From a virus (Duplodnaviria; Heunggongvirae; Uroviricota; Caudoviricetes), in IMG/VR virus record IMGVR_UViG_2565956721_000004, positions 1-31,930 of that record: a stretch of 31,930 bases of DNA; one strand, written 5' to 3'. Made by a program: the position numbers and the translations under genes. The notes under the pieces are model-generated. The model worked only from the letters and a program-made list of their open reading frames with translations, was not told where the DNA came from and searched no databases. Shown one piece after another: positions 23,371 through 31,930 of the stretch. Each line of letters begins with the position of its first letter. The first letter of the stretch is position 1.

Positions 23371-26300
23371 ATGAGTGTGGCGACATTACGTGAACTGATT
23401 ATTAAAATCTCGGCAAATTCCCGGTCATTCCAGTCAGAGATCTCCCGGGCTTCGCGTATGGGGCAGGATTACTACCGTACCATGCAGAACGGAGGCCGGC
23501 AGTCCGCTGCTGCATCCCGTGAAATGCGGCGTGCACTGGCAGAAGTGACGGATCAGATAAATACAGCTAAATCTTCGGCACTGAATATGGCGGGGGCATT
23601 TGCCGGGGCTTTTGCTACCGGTCATCTTATTTCTTTCGCCGATGAGTGGAATTCAGTAAATGCCCGTCTGAAGCAGGCCTCACAGTCCAGTGATGATTTT
23701 CAGGCATCACAGCGTGAATTAATGGCGATCAGCCAGAGAACGGGGACGGCGTTTTCTGATAACGCCAGCCTTTTTGCCCGTTCTGCAGCTTCCATGCGGG
23801 AGTATGGTTACAGTTCTGAGGAGGTACTGAAAGTCACCGAGGCGATCTCCACGGGCCTGGAATTATCCGGTGCCAGTACAGCAGAAGCCAGTTCGGTGAT
23901 CACGCAGTTCAGTCAGGCACTGGCGCAGGGAGTGCTGCGCGGTGAAGAGTTTAACTCGGTGAATAAGAACGGCGATCGTGTTATTCGTGCGCTGGCTGCG
24001 GGAATGGGGGTTGCCCGTAAGGATCTGAAGGCCATGGCGGATAACGGAAAGTTGACCGCCGATAAGGTTGTTCCTGCACTGATTAGTCAGCTTGGGGCAT
24101 TACGTGATGAATATGCGGCAATGCCTGATACGGTTTCATCCTCTGCAACCAAAGTTGAAAACGCCTTTATGGCCTGGGTTGGTGGTGCGAACGAGGCAAG
24201 CGGAGTGACGAAGACGCTCTCCGGTGTGCTGAATGGTATTGCAGGCAATATTGACACTGTGGCAACCGCTGCCGGTGCTCTGGTTGCCGTCGGGGTAGCC
24301 CGATATTTTGGCAATATGGCGTCTTCTGCTGGATCTGCAACTGCCGGATTAATTACTGCAGCCAGAAACGAAGTGGCTCTTGCGGAAGCGCAGCTCCGGG
24401 GGACACAGATAGCAACAGCCAGGGCGCGTGCGGCGGTTTATCGTGCGCAACAGGCGGTTGTTGCTGCTCGCGGTACCGAAAGGCAGGCAGCCGCAGAAGC
24501 GAAACTGGCTGCTGCCCAGGCATCACTTACCCGTAATATTGCGGCCAGAACAGCAGCACAGACAACGCTGAATACTGTCACGTCAGTGGGAAGTCGTCTG
24601 TTAAGTGGAGCACTGGGACTGGTTGGTGGGGTGCCGGGGCTTGTCATGCTGGGGGCCGCGGCCTGGTACACGATGTATCAGAATCAGGAGCAGGCCAGAG
24701 AATCTGCACGCCAGTATGCCGCAAAAATCGACGAAATTCGCCAGAAAACGTCGGCAATGTCGCTTCCTGAAGCGTCAGATAATGAGGAAAAGACGCGGCA
24801 GGCACTTGATGAGCAAAACAGGTTAATTGACGAGCAGAAAAGTAAGATTAAATCCTTACAGGAAAAAATTGCTGGCTATCAGTATGTGCTGGCAAACCCG
24901 GGCTGGACAACCGATAACGGTTTTATGATTAACCACATGACGTCGGTAAAAACAGTCACAGAAGGGCTTGCAGAAGCAACAAATCAACTGGCAGTTGAAC
25001 AGTCCCGTCTCACACAAATGCAGGGCAAAGCGCAATCCATTCAGGATGTGCTTGCCGGGCTGGAGGAGCGGCGGGTTGCGTTGATCCGTCAACAGGCGGC
25101 GGAACAAAACAAAGCGTATCAGTCCCTGTTGATCATGAATGGGCAGCATACCGAGTTTAATCGCCTTCTTGGGCTTGGTAATGAATTACTTCAGCAGCGA
25201 CAGGGGCTGGTGAATGTACCGTTACGGCTACCACAGGCAACCCTGGATGATAAACAGCAGACCGCACTGAATAACAGCAAGCGCGAACTGGCTCTGTCCC
25301 GCCTTAAGGGGGAAGCGCGTGAGCGTGCCCGACTGGGCTATGCTGCGGATGATCTCGGCTTTGTGGGAGAGGCGTATCAGACAGCCAGACAGAATTATAT
25401 CAATAACTTACTGGATGCCTGGCGAAATAACCAGGCAAATAAACCCAAAGCGCATAAAAAGACCGAAGCGGAAAAAACAGAAGATATTTATAAACGGCTG
25501 ATTAAACAGCAAAAAGAACAGATAGCACTGGCAGGGCAGAATACTGAACTGGCTAAGATGAAATATCAGGTCAGTCAGGGCGAATTATCAACCCTGTCAG
25601 AAGCGCAGAAAAAAACGCTTTTGCAGAATGCAGCACTCATCGACCAGAAAAAGATTCGTGAGCAGCTTGCTGCGTATGAAAGCAGCCTGGCGGACAGTAA
25701 TGCCAGTACCCGGGCGTCTAACGACGCGCAGTTACTGGGATATGGTGAAGGCTCACGGATGCGTGAACGACTCCAGGAAATGTGGAGTATCCGGCATGAG
25801 TTTGAGCAGAAAAATAACGAGCTGCTGAGACAGTATCAGGCCGGAGAAATTGAAGAAGCCCTGTGGAAACAGGAGAAAGAACTGAATAAAAAATATCTGG
25901 AAGAGCGTCTCAGCGATCAGCAGGATTATTATGCAAAGGCCGATGCTTTACGTAATAACTGGAATGCAGGACTCCAGGAGGGGCTGACCAACTGGGCAGA
26001 CAGTGCCACCGATTATGCTTCGCAGGCGGCAGATGCTGTCGTTTCCACTATGGACGGGCTGGTATCAAATATTTCCGATGCGCTGGCCGGAAATGTTGTG
26101 GACTGGAGAAACTGGGGGAGTTCAATTCTCCAGGAAGTTTCAAAAATTCTGATGAATGCGGCCATTGTTAACGGACTGAAGTCACTCTCCGGTGCCGGAG
26201 GGTGGCTTGGTACGGTCGGCGGATGGATTTCGGGGGCGGTGGCAAACGCAAAAGGTGGTGTTTACACATCGGCAAATCTGAGTGCTTACAGTAACACTAT

Positions 26301-26604
26301 TGTGGATACACCGACGTATTTTGCTTTTGCGAAAGGTGCCGGGCTGATGGGCGAGGCCGGGCCTGAAGCTATCATGCCACTGACACGGGCAGCGGACGGC
26401 TCTCTTGGGGTCAGAGCCATTGGCAATGTGAATAGTGGCGGGGGGGTTGTTTATTCTCCCGTGTATCACATCAGCATTCAGAATCAAGGGAGCAATGGCG
26501 AGATAGATGCGCGCTCAGCCAGGGGACTGGTGGATCTGATCGACAGCAGGGTTGTGTCAATTATGCAGTCATCGCGTCGGGATGGAGGATTGTACAGTGC
26601 CTGA
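23371..26604 (+). CDS. Tail tape measure protein (lambda H-like)
   Basis: 1077 aa, Ala/Gln-rich coiled-coil; standard position. Confidence 0.9.
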   Translation: MSVATLRELIIKISANSRSFQSEISRASRMGQDYYRTMQNGGRQSAAASREMRRALAEVTDQINTAKSSALNMAGAFAGAFATGHLISFADEWNSVNARLKQASQSSDDFQASQRELMAISQRTGTAFSDNASLFARSAASMREYGYSSEEVLKVTEAISTGLELSGASTAEASSVITQFSQALAQGVLRGEEFNSVNKNGDRVIRALAAGMGVARKDLKAMADNGKLTADKVVPALISQLGALRDEYAAMPDTVSSSATKVENAFMAWVGGANEASGVTKTLSGVLNGIAGNIDTVATAAGALVAVGVARYFGNMASSAGSATAGLITAARNEVALAEAQLRGTQIATARARAAVYRAQQAVVAARGTERQAAAEAKLAAAQASLTRNIAARTAAQTTLNTVTSVGSRLLSGALGLVGGVPGLVMLGAAAWYTMYQNQEQARESARQYAAKIDEIRQKTSAMSLPEASDNEEKTRQALDEQNRLIDEQKSKIKSLQEKIAGYQYVLANPGWTTDNGFMINHMTSVKTVTEGLAEATNQLAVEQSRLTQMQGKAQSIQDVLAGLEERRVALIRQQAAEQNKAYQSLLIMNGQHTEFNRLLGLGNELLQQRQGLVNVPLRLPQATLDDKQQTALNNSKRELALSRLKGEARERARLGYAADDLGFVGEAYQTARQNYINNLLDAWRNNQANKPKAHKKTEAEKTEDIYKRLIKQQKEQIALAGQNTELAKMKYQVSQGELSTLSEAQKKTLLQNAALIDQKKIREQLAAYESSLADSNASTRASNDAQLLGYGEGSRMRERLQEMWSIRHEFEQKNNELLRQYQAGEIEEALWKQEKELNKKYLEERLSDQQDYYAKADALRNNWNAGLQEGLTNWADSATDYASQAADAVVSTMDGLVSNISDALAGNVVDWRNWGSSILQEVSKILMNAAIVNGLKSLSGAGGWLGTVGGWISGAVANAKGGVYTSANLSAYSNTIVDTPTYFAFAKGAGLMGEAGPEAIMPLTRAADGSLGVRAIGNVNSGGGVVYSPVYHISIQNQGSNGEIDARSARGLVDLIDSRVVSIMQSSRRDGGLYSA

Positions 26605-26938
26605 GCCTGAAGTTTTTAACTGGATCCCCCGTGAGGGGATGGAGACGACACGAAAGCCATCAGTTATTACGGTAAAGTTTGGTGACGGATATGAACAGAG
26701 ACGGGCTGGTGGTCTGAATGCGGATCTGAAAACGTTTAAACCGGTATTTCGTGTCACAGATGAATATTCCCGTGCCGCGCTGGACAGTTTTTTATCCCGT
26801 CATGCCGGGATTCGTGCTTTTTTGTGGCGTCCGCCAAAACACAACAGGACTGTCCGGGTTGTCTGCAGGGAGTGGAGCATTTCGGATAATGCCATGTATA
26901 CCGATTTTAACTGTACCTTTGAAGAGGTCACTCACTGA
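26597..26938 (+). CDS. Minor tail protein M
   Basis: GTG overlapping the tape-measure stop; FGDGYEQRRAGGLNADLKT parallels lambda M FGDGYSQRAPAGLNANLKT (recalled). Confidence 0.8.
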   Translation: MPEPEVFNWIPREGMETTRKPSVITVKFGDGYEQRRAGGLNADLKTFKPVFRVTDEYSRAALDSFLSRHAGIRAFLWRPPKHNRTVRVVCREWSISDNAMYTDFNCTFEEVTH

Positions 26939-27636
26939 TGCAGGATATACAGCAGGAAACACTCAATGAGTGCACTAAAACGGAGCAATCCGCGCTGATC
27001 GTGCTCTGGGAAATTGATCTGACAGAGGTCGGCGGAGATCGTTATTTCTTCTGTAATGAGCAGAACGAAAAAGGTGAACCAGTCACCTGGCAGCGGCGGC
27101 AGTATCAGGCCTATCCCATTCAGGGAAGTGGATTTGAGATGAACGGCAAAGGAGCCAGTGCAAGGCCAACGCTTAAAGTCTCTAATCTGTACGGCATGGT
27201 CACCGGGATGGCGGAAGACCTGCAGAGTCTGGTCGGCGGAACGGTGGTCAGGCGTAAGGTTTACGCCCGTTTTCTGGATGCGGTGAACTTCGTCAACGGA
27301 AACAGTGACGCCGACCCGGAGCAGGAGGTGATCAGCCGCTGGCGCATCGAGCAGTGCAGCGAACTGAGTGCGGTCAGTGCTTCTTTTGTACTGTCCACGC
27401 CGACGGAAACGGATGGTGCGGTTTTTCCGGGGCGCATCATGCTGGCCAACACCTGTACCTGGACCTATCGCGGTGATGAGTGCGGTTATAGCGGTCCGGC
27501 TGTCGCGGATGAATATGACCAACCGACGTCCGATATCACGAAAGATAAATGCAGCAAATGCCTGAGTGGCTGTAAGTTTCGCAATAACGTCGGCAACTTT
27601 GGCGGCTACCTTTCCATCAACAAACTTTCGCAGTAA
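26938..27636 (+). CDS. Minor tail protein L
   Basis: 232 aa; C-terminal Cys cluster (CSKCLSGCKF) as in lambda L. Confidence 0.85.
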   Translation: MQDIQQETLNECTKTEQSALIVLWEIDLTEVGGDRYFFCNEQNEKGEPVTWQRRQYQAYPIQGSGFEMNGKGASARPTLKVSNLYGMVTGMAEDLQSLVGGTVVRRKVYARFLDAVNFVNGNSDADPEQEVISRWRIEQCSELSAVSASFVLSTPTETDGAVFPGRIMLANTCTWTYRGDECGYSGPAVADEYDQPTSDITKDKCSKCLSGCKFRNNVGNFGGYLSINKLSQ

Positions 27637-27641
27637 ATCCC

Positions 27642-28385
27642 ATGACAGAGACAGAATCAGCGATTCTGGCGCACGCCCGGCGATGTGCGCCAGCGGAGTC
27701 GTGCGGCTTCGTGGTGAGAACGCCGGAGGGGGAAAGATATTTCCCCTGCGTGAATATCTCCGGTGAGCCGGAAGATTATTTCCGGATGTCGCCGGAGGAC
27801 TGGCTGCAGGCCAAAATGCAGGGTGAGATTGTGGCGCTGGTCCACAGTCACCCCGGTGGTCTGCCCTGGCTGAGTGAGGCTGACAGGCGGCTGCAGGTGC
27901 AGAGTGATTTGCCGTGGTGGCTGGTCTGCCGGGGGGCGATTCATAAGTTCCGCTGTGTGCCGCATCTTACCGGGCGGCGCTTTGAGCACGGGGTGACGGA
28001 CTGTTACACGCTGTTCCGGGATGCTTATCATCTGGCGGGGATTGAGATGCCGGATTTTCATCGTGAGGATGACTGGTGGCGTCACGGTCAGAATCTCTAT
28101 CTGGATAATCTGGAGGCCACAGGGCTGTATCAGGTGCCGTTGTCATCAGCACAACCGGGCGATGTGCTGCTGTGCTGCTTTGGTTCATCGGTGCCGAATC
28201 ATGCCGCCATTTACTGCGGCGACGGCGAGCTGCTGCACCATATTCCTGAACAACTGAGCAAACGAGAGAGGTATACCGACAAATGGCAGCGACGCACACA
28301 CTCCCTCTGGCGTCACCGGGCATGGCACGCATCTGCCTTTACGGGGATTTACAACGATTTGGCCGCCGCATCGACCTTCGTGTGA
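27642..28385 (+). CDS. Tail assembly protein K (MPN/JAB + NlpC/P60-like)
   Basis: HSHPGG metalloprotease-type motif and C-terminal Cys/His papain-like region as in lambda K. Confidence 0.85.
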   Translation: MTETESAILAHARRCAPAESCGFVVRTPEGERYFPCVNISGEPEDYFRMSPEDWLQAKMQGEIVALVHSHPGGLPWLSEADRRLQVQSDLPWWLVCRGAIHKFRCVPHLTGRRFEHGVTDCYTLFRDAYHLAGIEMPDFHREDDWWRHGQNLYLDNLEATGLYQVPLSSAQPGDVLLCCFGSSVPNHAAIYCGDGELLHHIPEQLSKRERYTDKWQRRTHSLWRHRAWHASAFTGIYNDLAAASTFV

Positions 28386-28954
28386 AAACGGGGGCTGAAG
28401 CCATCCGCGCACTGGCCACACAGCTCCCGGTGTTTCGTCAGAAACTGAGCGACGGCTGGTATCAGGTACGGATTGCCGGGCGGGACGTCAGCACGTCCGG
28501 GTTAACGGCGCAGTTACATGAGACTCTGCCTGATGGCGCTGTGATTCATATTGTTCCCAGAGTCGCCGGGGCCAAGTCAGGTGGCGTATTCCAGATTGTC
28601 CTGGGGGCTGCCGCCATTGCCGGATCATTCTTTACCGCCGGAGCCACCCTTGCAGCATGGGGGGCAGCCATTGGGGCCGGTGGTATGACCGGCATCCTGT
28701 TTTCTCTCGGTGCCAGTATGGTGCTCGGTGGTGTGGCGCAGATGCTGGCACCGAAAGCCAGAACTCCCCGTACACAGACAACGGATAACGGCAAACAGAA
28801 CACCTATTTCTCCTCACTGGATAACATGGTTGCCCAGGGCAATGTTCTGCCGGTTCTGTACGGTGAAATGCGCGTGGGGTCACGCGTGGTTTCTCAGGAG
28901 ATCAGCACGGCAGACGAAGGGGATGGTGGTCAGGTTGTGATGATTGGTCGATGA
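28283..28954 (+). CDS. Tail assembly protein I
   Basis: 223 aa beginning MAATHTLPLASPGMARICLYGDLQRFGRRIDLRVKTGAEAIRALATQ, essentially the lambda I sequence as recalled; overlaps the end of K. Confidence 0.8.
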   Translation: MAATHTLPLASPGMARICLYGDLQRFGRRIDLRVKTGAEAIRALATQLPVFRQKLSDGWYQVRIAGRDVSTSGLTAQLHETLPDGAVIHIVPRVAGAKSGGVFQIVLGAAAIAGSFFTAGATLAAWGAAIGAGGMTGILFSLGASMVLGGVAQMLAPKARTPRTQTTDNGKQNTYFSSLDNMVAQGNVLPVLYGEMRVGSRVVSQEISTADEGDGGQVVMIGR

Positions 28955-28972
28955 TGCAAAATATTTTATGTG

Positions 28973-29000
28973 AAACCGCCTCCGGGCGGTTTTGTCGTTT
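28973..29000 (+). terminator. Hairpin CCGCC-TCCG-GGCGG + U-rich tail upstream of J
   Basis: Read directly; U-tract is interrupted. Confidence 0.4.
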
Positions 29001-29014
29001 ATGGAGCATGACGA

Positions 29015-31930
29015 ATGGGTAAAGGCAGCAGTAAGGGGCATACCCCGCGCGAAGCGAAGGACAATCTGAAGTCCACGCAGTTGCTGAGTGTGATCGATGC
29101 CATCAGTGAAGGGCCGGTTGAAGGTCCGGTGGATGGCTTAAAAAGCGTGCTGCTGAACAGTACACCGGTGCTGGACAGTGAGGGGAATACCAACATCTCC
29201 GGCGTAACGGTGGTGTTCCGGGCAGGTGAGCAGGAGCAGACTCCGCCGGAGGGATTTGAATCCTCCGGCTCCGAGACGGTGCTGGGTACGGAAGTGAAAT
29301 ATGACACGCCGATCACCCGGACCATCACGTCGGCAAACATTGACCGTCTGCGCTTTACCTTCGGTGTGCAGGCACTGGTGGAAACCACCTCAAAGGGGGA
29401 CCGGAATCCGTCGGAAGTCCGCCTGCTGGTTCAGATACAGCGTAACGGTGGCTGGGTGACGGAAAAAGACATCACCATTAAGGGCAAAACCACCTCGCAG
29501 TATCTGGCCTCGGTGGTGGTGGGTAACCTGCCGCCGCGCCCGTTCAACATCCGGATGCGCAGGATGACGCCGGACAGCACCACAGACCAGCTGCAGAACA
29601 AAACGCTCTGGTCGTCATACACTGAAATCATCGATGTGAAACAGTGCTACCCGAACACGGCACTGGTCGGCGTACAGGTGGACTCGGAACAGTTCGGTAG
29701 CCAGCAGGTGAGCCGTAATTATCATCTTCGCGGGCGTATTCTGCAGGTGCCGTCGAATTATAACCCGCAGACGCGGCAATACAGCGGTATCTGGGACGGA
29801 ACGTTTAAGCCAGCATACAGCAACAACATGGCCTGGTGTCTGTGGGATATGCTGACCCATCCGCGCTACGGCATGGGGAAACGTCTTGGTGCGGCGGATG
29901 TGGATAAATGGGCGCTGTATGTCATCGGCCAGTATTGCGACCAGTCGGTGCCGGATGGCTTTGGTGGCACGGAGCCGCGCATCACCTGTAATGCCTGGCT
30001 GACCACACAGCGTAAGGCGTGGGATGTTCTCAGTGATTTCTGCTCGGCGATGCGCTGTATGCCGGTATGGAACGGGCAGACGCTGACGTTCGTGCAGGAC
30101 CGACCGTCGGATAAGGTGTGGACCTATAACCGCAGTAATGTGGTGATGCCGGATGATGGCGCGCCGTTCCGCTACAGCTTCAGCGCCCTGAAGGACCGCC
30201 ATAATGCCGTTGAGGTGAACTGGATTGACCCGGATAACGGCTGGGAGACGGCGACAGAGCTTGTTGAAGATACGCAGGCCATTGCCCGTTACGGTCGTAA
30301 CGTCACGAAGATGGATGCCTTTGGCTGTACCAGCCGGGGGCAGGCGCACCGCGCCGGGCTGTGGCTGATTAAAACGGAACTGCTGGAAACGCAGACCGTG
30401 GACTTCAGCGTGGGTGCCGAAGGGCTTCGCCATGTACCGGGCGATGTCATTGAAATCTGCGATGATGACTATGCCGGTATCAGCACCGGCGGGCGCGTGC
30501 TGGCGGTAAACAGCCAGACCCGGACGCTGACGCTCGACCGTGAAATCACGCTGCCATCCTCCGGCACCACTCTGATAAGCCTGGTTGACGGGCAGGGTAA
30601 TCCGGTGAGCGTGGAGGTCCAGTCCGTCACCGACGGTGTGAAGGTGAAAGTGAGCCGTGTTCCTGACGGCGTTGCCGGATACAGCGTGTGGGGGCTGAAG
30701 CTGCCGACGCTGCGCCAGCGCCTGTTCCGCTGTGTGAGTATCCGTGAGAATGACGACGGTACGTATGCCATCACCGCCGTACAGCATGTACCGGCAAAAG
30801 AGGCCATCGTGGATAACGGGGCGCACTTTGACGGCGACCAGAGCGGCACGGTGAATGGTGTCACGCCGCCAGCGGTGCAGCACCTGACCGCCGAAGTTAC
30901 CGCAGACAGCGGGGAATATCAGGTGCTGGCGCGCTGGGACACGCCGAAGGTGGTGAAGGGCGTGAGCTTTATGCTTCGCCTGACCGTGGCAGCGGATGAC
31001 GGCAGTGAGCGGCTGGTCAGCACGGCCCGGACGACGGAAACCACATACCGCTTCACGCAACTGGCGCTGGGGCGGTACACGCTGACAGTCCGGGCAGTAA
31101 ATGCGTGGGGGCAGCAGGGCGATCCGGCATCGGTATCGTTCCGGATTGCCGCACCGGCAGCGCCGTCTCGGATTGAGCTGACGCCGGGGTATTTTCAGAT
31201 AACGGCGGTCCCGCGTCTTGCGGTGTATGACCCGACGGTACAGTTTGAATTCTGGTTCTCAGAAAAACGCATCACGAACACGGCACAGGTGGAAAAATCT
31301 GCCCGTTATCTGGGGACCGGCAGTCAGTGGACTGTCCAGGGGAGCCGGATTAAGCCGGGGACGGATTTCTGGTTTTACGTGCGAAGCGTCAACCTGGTGG
31401 GAAAATCTGCTTTTGTGGAAGCCAGCGGGCAGCCCAGCAATGATGGTGAAGGGTATCTGGAAATTTTCCGGGGGCTGATAGATGAGACGCTTCTGGGCCA
31501 GGCACTGAAAGAGCGCATTGATGCTTCAGCGCTGCGTACGGAGGTCACGCAACTGGAAGAAGACATCCGTCAGCGGATGGACACGGATATCGCAGAAGTG
31601 ACCCGGAAAATCGGGAAGGCGGAAAACAGCCTCACGCAGCTGGTTGCGAAAAAGAATGAGGACCAGACACTGGCCATCGCGCAGGTGAGCCAGAAAGTGG
31701 ACCGGGTGAGCAGTGAAATCTCACAGACTGTCAGCCAGGGGCAGTCAGAAAACGCCCGACAGATAGCACAGGTCCGCCAGTACGTGGATAAAAAAGGGAG
31801 TGAAATTACCTCGACCACGGATAAAAAGCTGGGTGACCAGGCCGTGACCATACAGCAAATCCAGCGGGTTCAGTCAGACACGCGCAATGAGCTGAATGCC
31901 ATGTATATGCTGAAGGTGCAGAAAACAAAA
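29015..31930 (+). CDS. Host-specificity / central tail fiber protein J (5' 972 codons; truncated by window end)
   Basis: ATG 29015 with GGAG RBS; uninterrupted frame to the last base of the window; translation begins [44 protein letters not shown] like lambda J. Absent from the ORF track because it has no stop in the window. Confidence 0.9.
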   Translation, partial: MGKGSSKGHTPREAKDNLKSTQLLSVIDAISEGPVEGPVDGLKSVLLNSTPVLDSEGNTNISGVTVVFRAGEQEQTPPEGFESSGSETVLGTEVKYDTPITRTITSANIDRLRFTFGVQALVETTSKGDRNPSEVRLLVQIQRNGGWVTEKDITIKGKTTSQYLASVVVGNLPPRPFNIRMRRMTPDSTTDQLQNKTLWSSYTEIIDVKQCYPNTALVGVQVDSEQFGSQQVSRNYHLRGRILQVPSNYNPQTRQYSGIWDGTFKPAYSNNMAWCLWDMLTHPRYGMGKRLGAADVDKWALYVIGQYCDQSVPDGFGGTEPRITCNAWLTTQRKAWDVLSDFCSAMRCMPVWNGQTLTFVQDRPSDKVWTYNRSNVVMPDDGAPFRYSFSALKDRHNAVEVNWIDPDNGWETATELVEDTQAIARYGRNVTKMDAFGCTSRGQAHRAGLWLIKTELLETQTVDFSVGAEGLRHVPGDVIEICDDDYAGISTGGRVLAVNSQTRTLTLDREITLPSSGTTLISLVDGQGNPVSVEVQSVTDGVKVKVSRVPDGVAGYSVWGLKLPTLRQRLFRCVSIRENDDGTYAITAVQHVPAKEAIVDNGAHFDGDQSGTVNGVTPPAVQHLTAEVTADSGEYQVLARWDTPKVVKGVSFMLRLTVAADDGSERLVSTARTTETTYRFTQLALGRYTLTVRAVNAWGQQGDPASVSFRIAAPAAPSRIELTPGYFQITAVPRLAVYDPTVQFEFWFSEKRITNTAQVEKSARYLGTGSQWTVQGSRIKPGTDFWFYVRSVNLVGKSAFVEASGQPSNDGEGYLEIFRGLIDETLLGQALKERIDASALRTEVTQLEEDIRQRMDTDIAEVTRKIGKAENSLTQLVAKKNEDQTLAIAQVSQKVDRVSSEISQTVSQGQSENARQIAQVRQYVDKKGSEITSTTDKKLGDQAVTIQQIQRVQSDTRNELNAMYMLKVQKTK

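Noticed and set aside
29615-31060. 481-aa ORF (and 30469-30864) on the minus strand
   Set aside because: Lies entirely antisense to the J tail-fiber frame, which is uninterrupted from 29015 to the window end; GC-rich coding DNA commonly leaves long antisense ORFs. No RBS.

Overview
The window is a long stretch of a lambdoid enterobacterial prophage with a Qin/Rac-type mosaic backbone, and it contains one strong candidate for an undescribed defence gene. Left to right: (1) a minus-strand cell-division-inhibitor operon (ydfA/ydfB/ydfC-like genes and the DicF sRNA); (2) an immunity switch (DicA/CI-like repressor divergent from a Cro-like YdaS-family gene and a YdaT-like gene); (3) a replication initiator with two iteron clusters inside its own reading frame; (4) a cargo locus holding a 932-aa STAND-type P-loop NTPase (4409-7207) with a nuclease-like N-terminus and a C-terminal SEC-C zinc motif, followed by a hokD-type toxin and a lipoprotein; (5) a nin-like region (DUF968 protein, RusA, Q-like protein) with a PR'/tR'-like promoter-terminator pair; (6) four tightly packed tRNAs; (7) a pinholin / SAR-endolysin / Rz / Rz1 lysis cassette; (8) a minus-strand YfbU-like moron; (9) HNH endonuclease, small and large terminase, HK97-type portal, protease and capsid; (10) a lambda-type tail module (V, G/GT with a -1 frameshift site, H, M, L, K, I) ending in a J gene truncated by the window edge. 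All calls rest on reading the sequence and recalled family knowledge; no searches were run. The most interesting object is the STAND NTPase, which sits where K-12 Qin carries relBE upstream of hokD (from memory).
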